From Octopus bimaculoides (lineage: Eukaryota): a stretch of DNA of 64,000 nt. The DNA lies in assembly GCF_001194135.2 (NCBI RefSeq), contig NC_068993.1, positions 50,207,192 to 50,271,191 of the forward strand. The letters are read 5' to 3'. Positions 62,686 to 64,000 of this stretch are shown here, piece after piece (positions within the stretch are counted from its first letter, which is position 1; every line of letters begins with the position of its first letter). Position numbers and translations under genes: made by a program. The notes under the pieces are model-generated. The model did no database searches. It was not told where the DNA came from and worked only from the letters and a program-made list of their open reading frames with translations.

Positions 62686-63954
62686 ATCATTCTGAAAATT
62701 GGGCGACTTCTTCTCTTGAGCTTTTGCAGCACTTCAAAGAGAAGTGACTCAATGTATTTGTCTTATTCCACATTATCAATGCCGCTGTGTAATTAACAGA
62801 TCTTATCATTACTGATTTCACTGCTGAATGTGTCTCATGTCTCTCATCTCCAGGAGAAGAGAGGAGGAGAAAGAGGGCAGTGGAGGAGGAGGTGGCGGAA
62901 ATGAAGATTAGCTGTAGATAAACAACACACGCTGGTATGTTTAGCAAGGCTGTGTGGTTGACATGTTTCGCAACATAATTTTGTCAATTGCTTTTGAAAG
63001 AAGTGTATATAGTACATAATTTGTAGATAGGATAAGTAACTAGCTCAAGCTTAATGAAGTTTGGACTTCATTAAATAATTGTGATAAAGATGTGTATGCG
63101 TGATTTCTGCATGTGTCAACAATGTTGTGTATGTGTGTGCAATATATACATATATGATATGCATGTTTATGTGTACGCATAATGCTTGAGTATCTTCTTT
63201 CACATGTCAGTGAGTGTGTGTGTGTGTGTGTGTGTGTCTACCTTTCTCTTTGCTCTCTGTCTCTCCCNNNNNNNNNNNNNNNNNNNNNNNNNNNNNNNNN
63301 NNNNNNNNNNNNNNNNNNNNNNNNNNNNNNNNNNNNNNNNNNNNNNNNNNNNNNNNNNNNNNNNNNNNNNNNNNNNNNNNNNNNNNNNNNNNNNNNNNNN
63401 NNNNNNNNNNNNNNNNNNNNNNNNNNNNNNNNNNNNNNNNNNNNNNNNNNNNNNNNNNNNNNNNNNNNNNNNNNNNNNNNNNNNNNNNNNNNNNNNNNNN
63501 NNNNNNNNNNNNNNNNNNNNNNNNNNNNNNNNNNNNNNNNNNNNNNNNNNNNNNNNNNNNNNNNNNNNNNNNNNNNNNNNNNNNNNNNNNNNNNNNNNNN
63601 NNNNNNNNNNNNNNNNNNNNNNNNNNNNNNNCGTATGTATCTGACTACCTGTAGCTGATTTTTTAAAATTAGGAATATGCAAGTTTTTGTGTGATAGTTA
63701 TGCATTTCCATGTGCATCAAGTGATAGAATTGCCATGGCAATTAGAATCTGTGTTACAGACTTTTTAGGAGCTTGCTCCTGCATGAGACTACTTGGGGGG
63801 GGGGGGTCTGTGTGTGTGCATGCGCGTGCACACACACACACACACACGTGCAGATTTCAACCTTGTTCACCTTGTACGTGCTTTCTTTTTTAATTGAAGA
63901 ATTCAGAAATGAGCCTTACTGATGTTGATGGCGAGGGATCTTCTGCATAGTCAT

Positions 63955-64000
63955 TGAATCTGCTAAAAATAACTACCAGATCTCCCTCAGATTTATCCCT
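63955..64000 (+). mobile_element. Repeat family X start, running off the window edge
   Basis: tctgctaaaaataactaccagatctccctcag. Confidence 0.55.

Noticed and set aside
3364-63741. Long ORFs in the track containing X runs or HT/IY/CV/SL/ER repeats
   Set aside because: They stay open only because they cross N-gaps or dinucleotide microsatellites; there is no coding signal.

Overview
This is eukaryotic, AT-rich, microsatellite-laden non-coding DNA from a fragmented short-read assembly (20 N-gaps, about 6.7 kb or 10% of the window, most abutting simple repeats). The SINE repertoire looks like that of an octopus (coleoid cephalopod); this is recognition from memory, not a database result. I recognise no protein-coding gene, rRNA, functional tRNA or CRISPR array. 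Essentially all listed ORFs are explained by N-gaps, microsatellites or SINEs. What I can support: at least five SINE-like families (called A, B, D, X and the tRNA-headed F/E here), several with exact target-site duplications (TSDs) and nested insertions; one hAT-type MITE with an 8-bp TSD; a 99-bp tandem duplication; a 33-bp minisatellite; and some low-confidence exon and promoter candidates. The most informative large-scale signal is a sharp drop in CpG content across the gap at 39.7-40.5 kb. Copies of the same SINE family keep about 9-14 CpGs on the left but only 2-4 on the right, which suggests the edge of a germline-methylated gene body. A plausible first exon with a GTGAGT donor sits just left of that edge. 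Other oddities are a six-copy head-to-tail SINE stack, a fold-back palindrome built from two retroposon 3' ends, a 3-nt microexon-like site and a poly(A)-tailed retrocopy-like segment. I found no convincing evidence for a wholly new biological system. All gene-structure suggestions are hypotheses that need RNA-seq.
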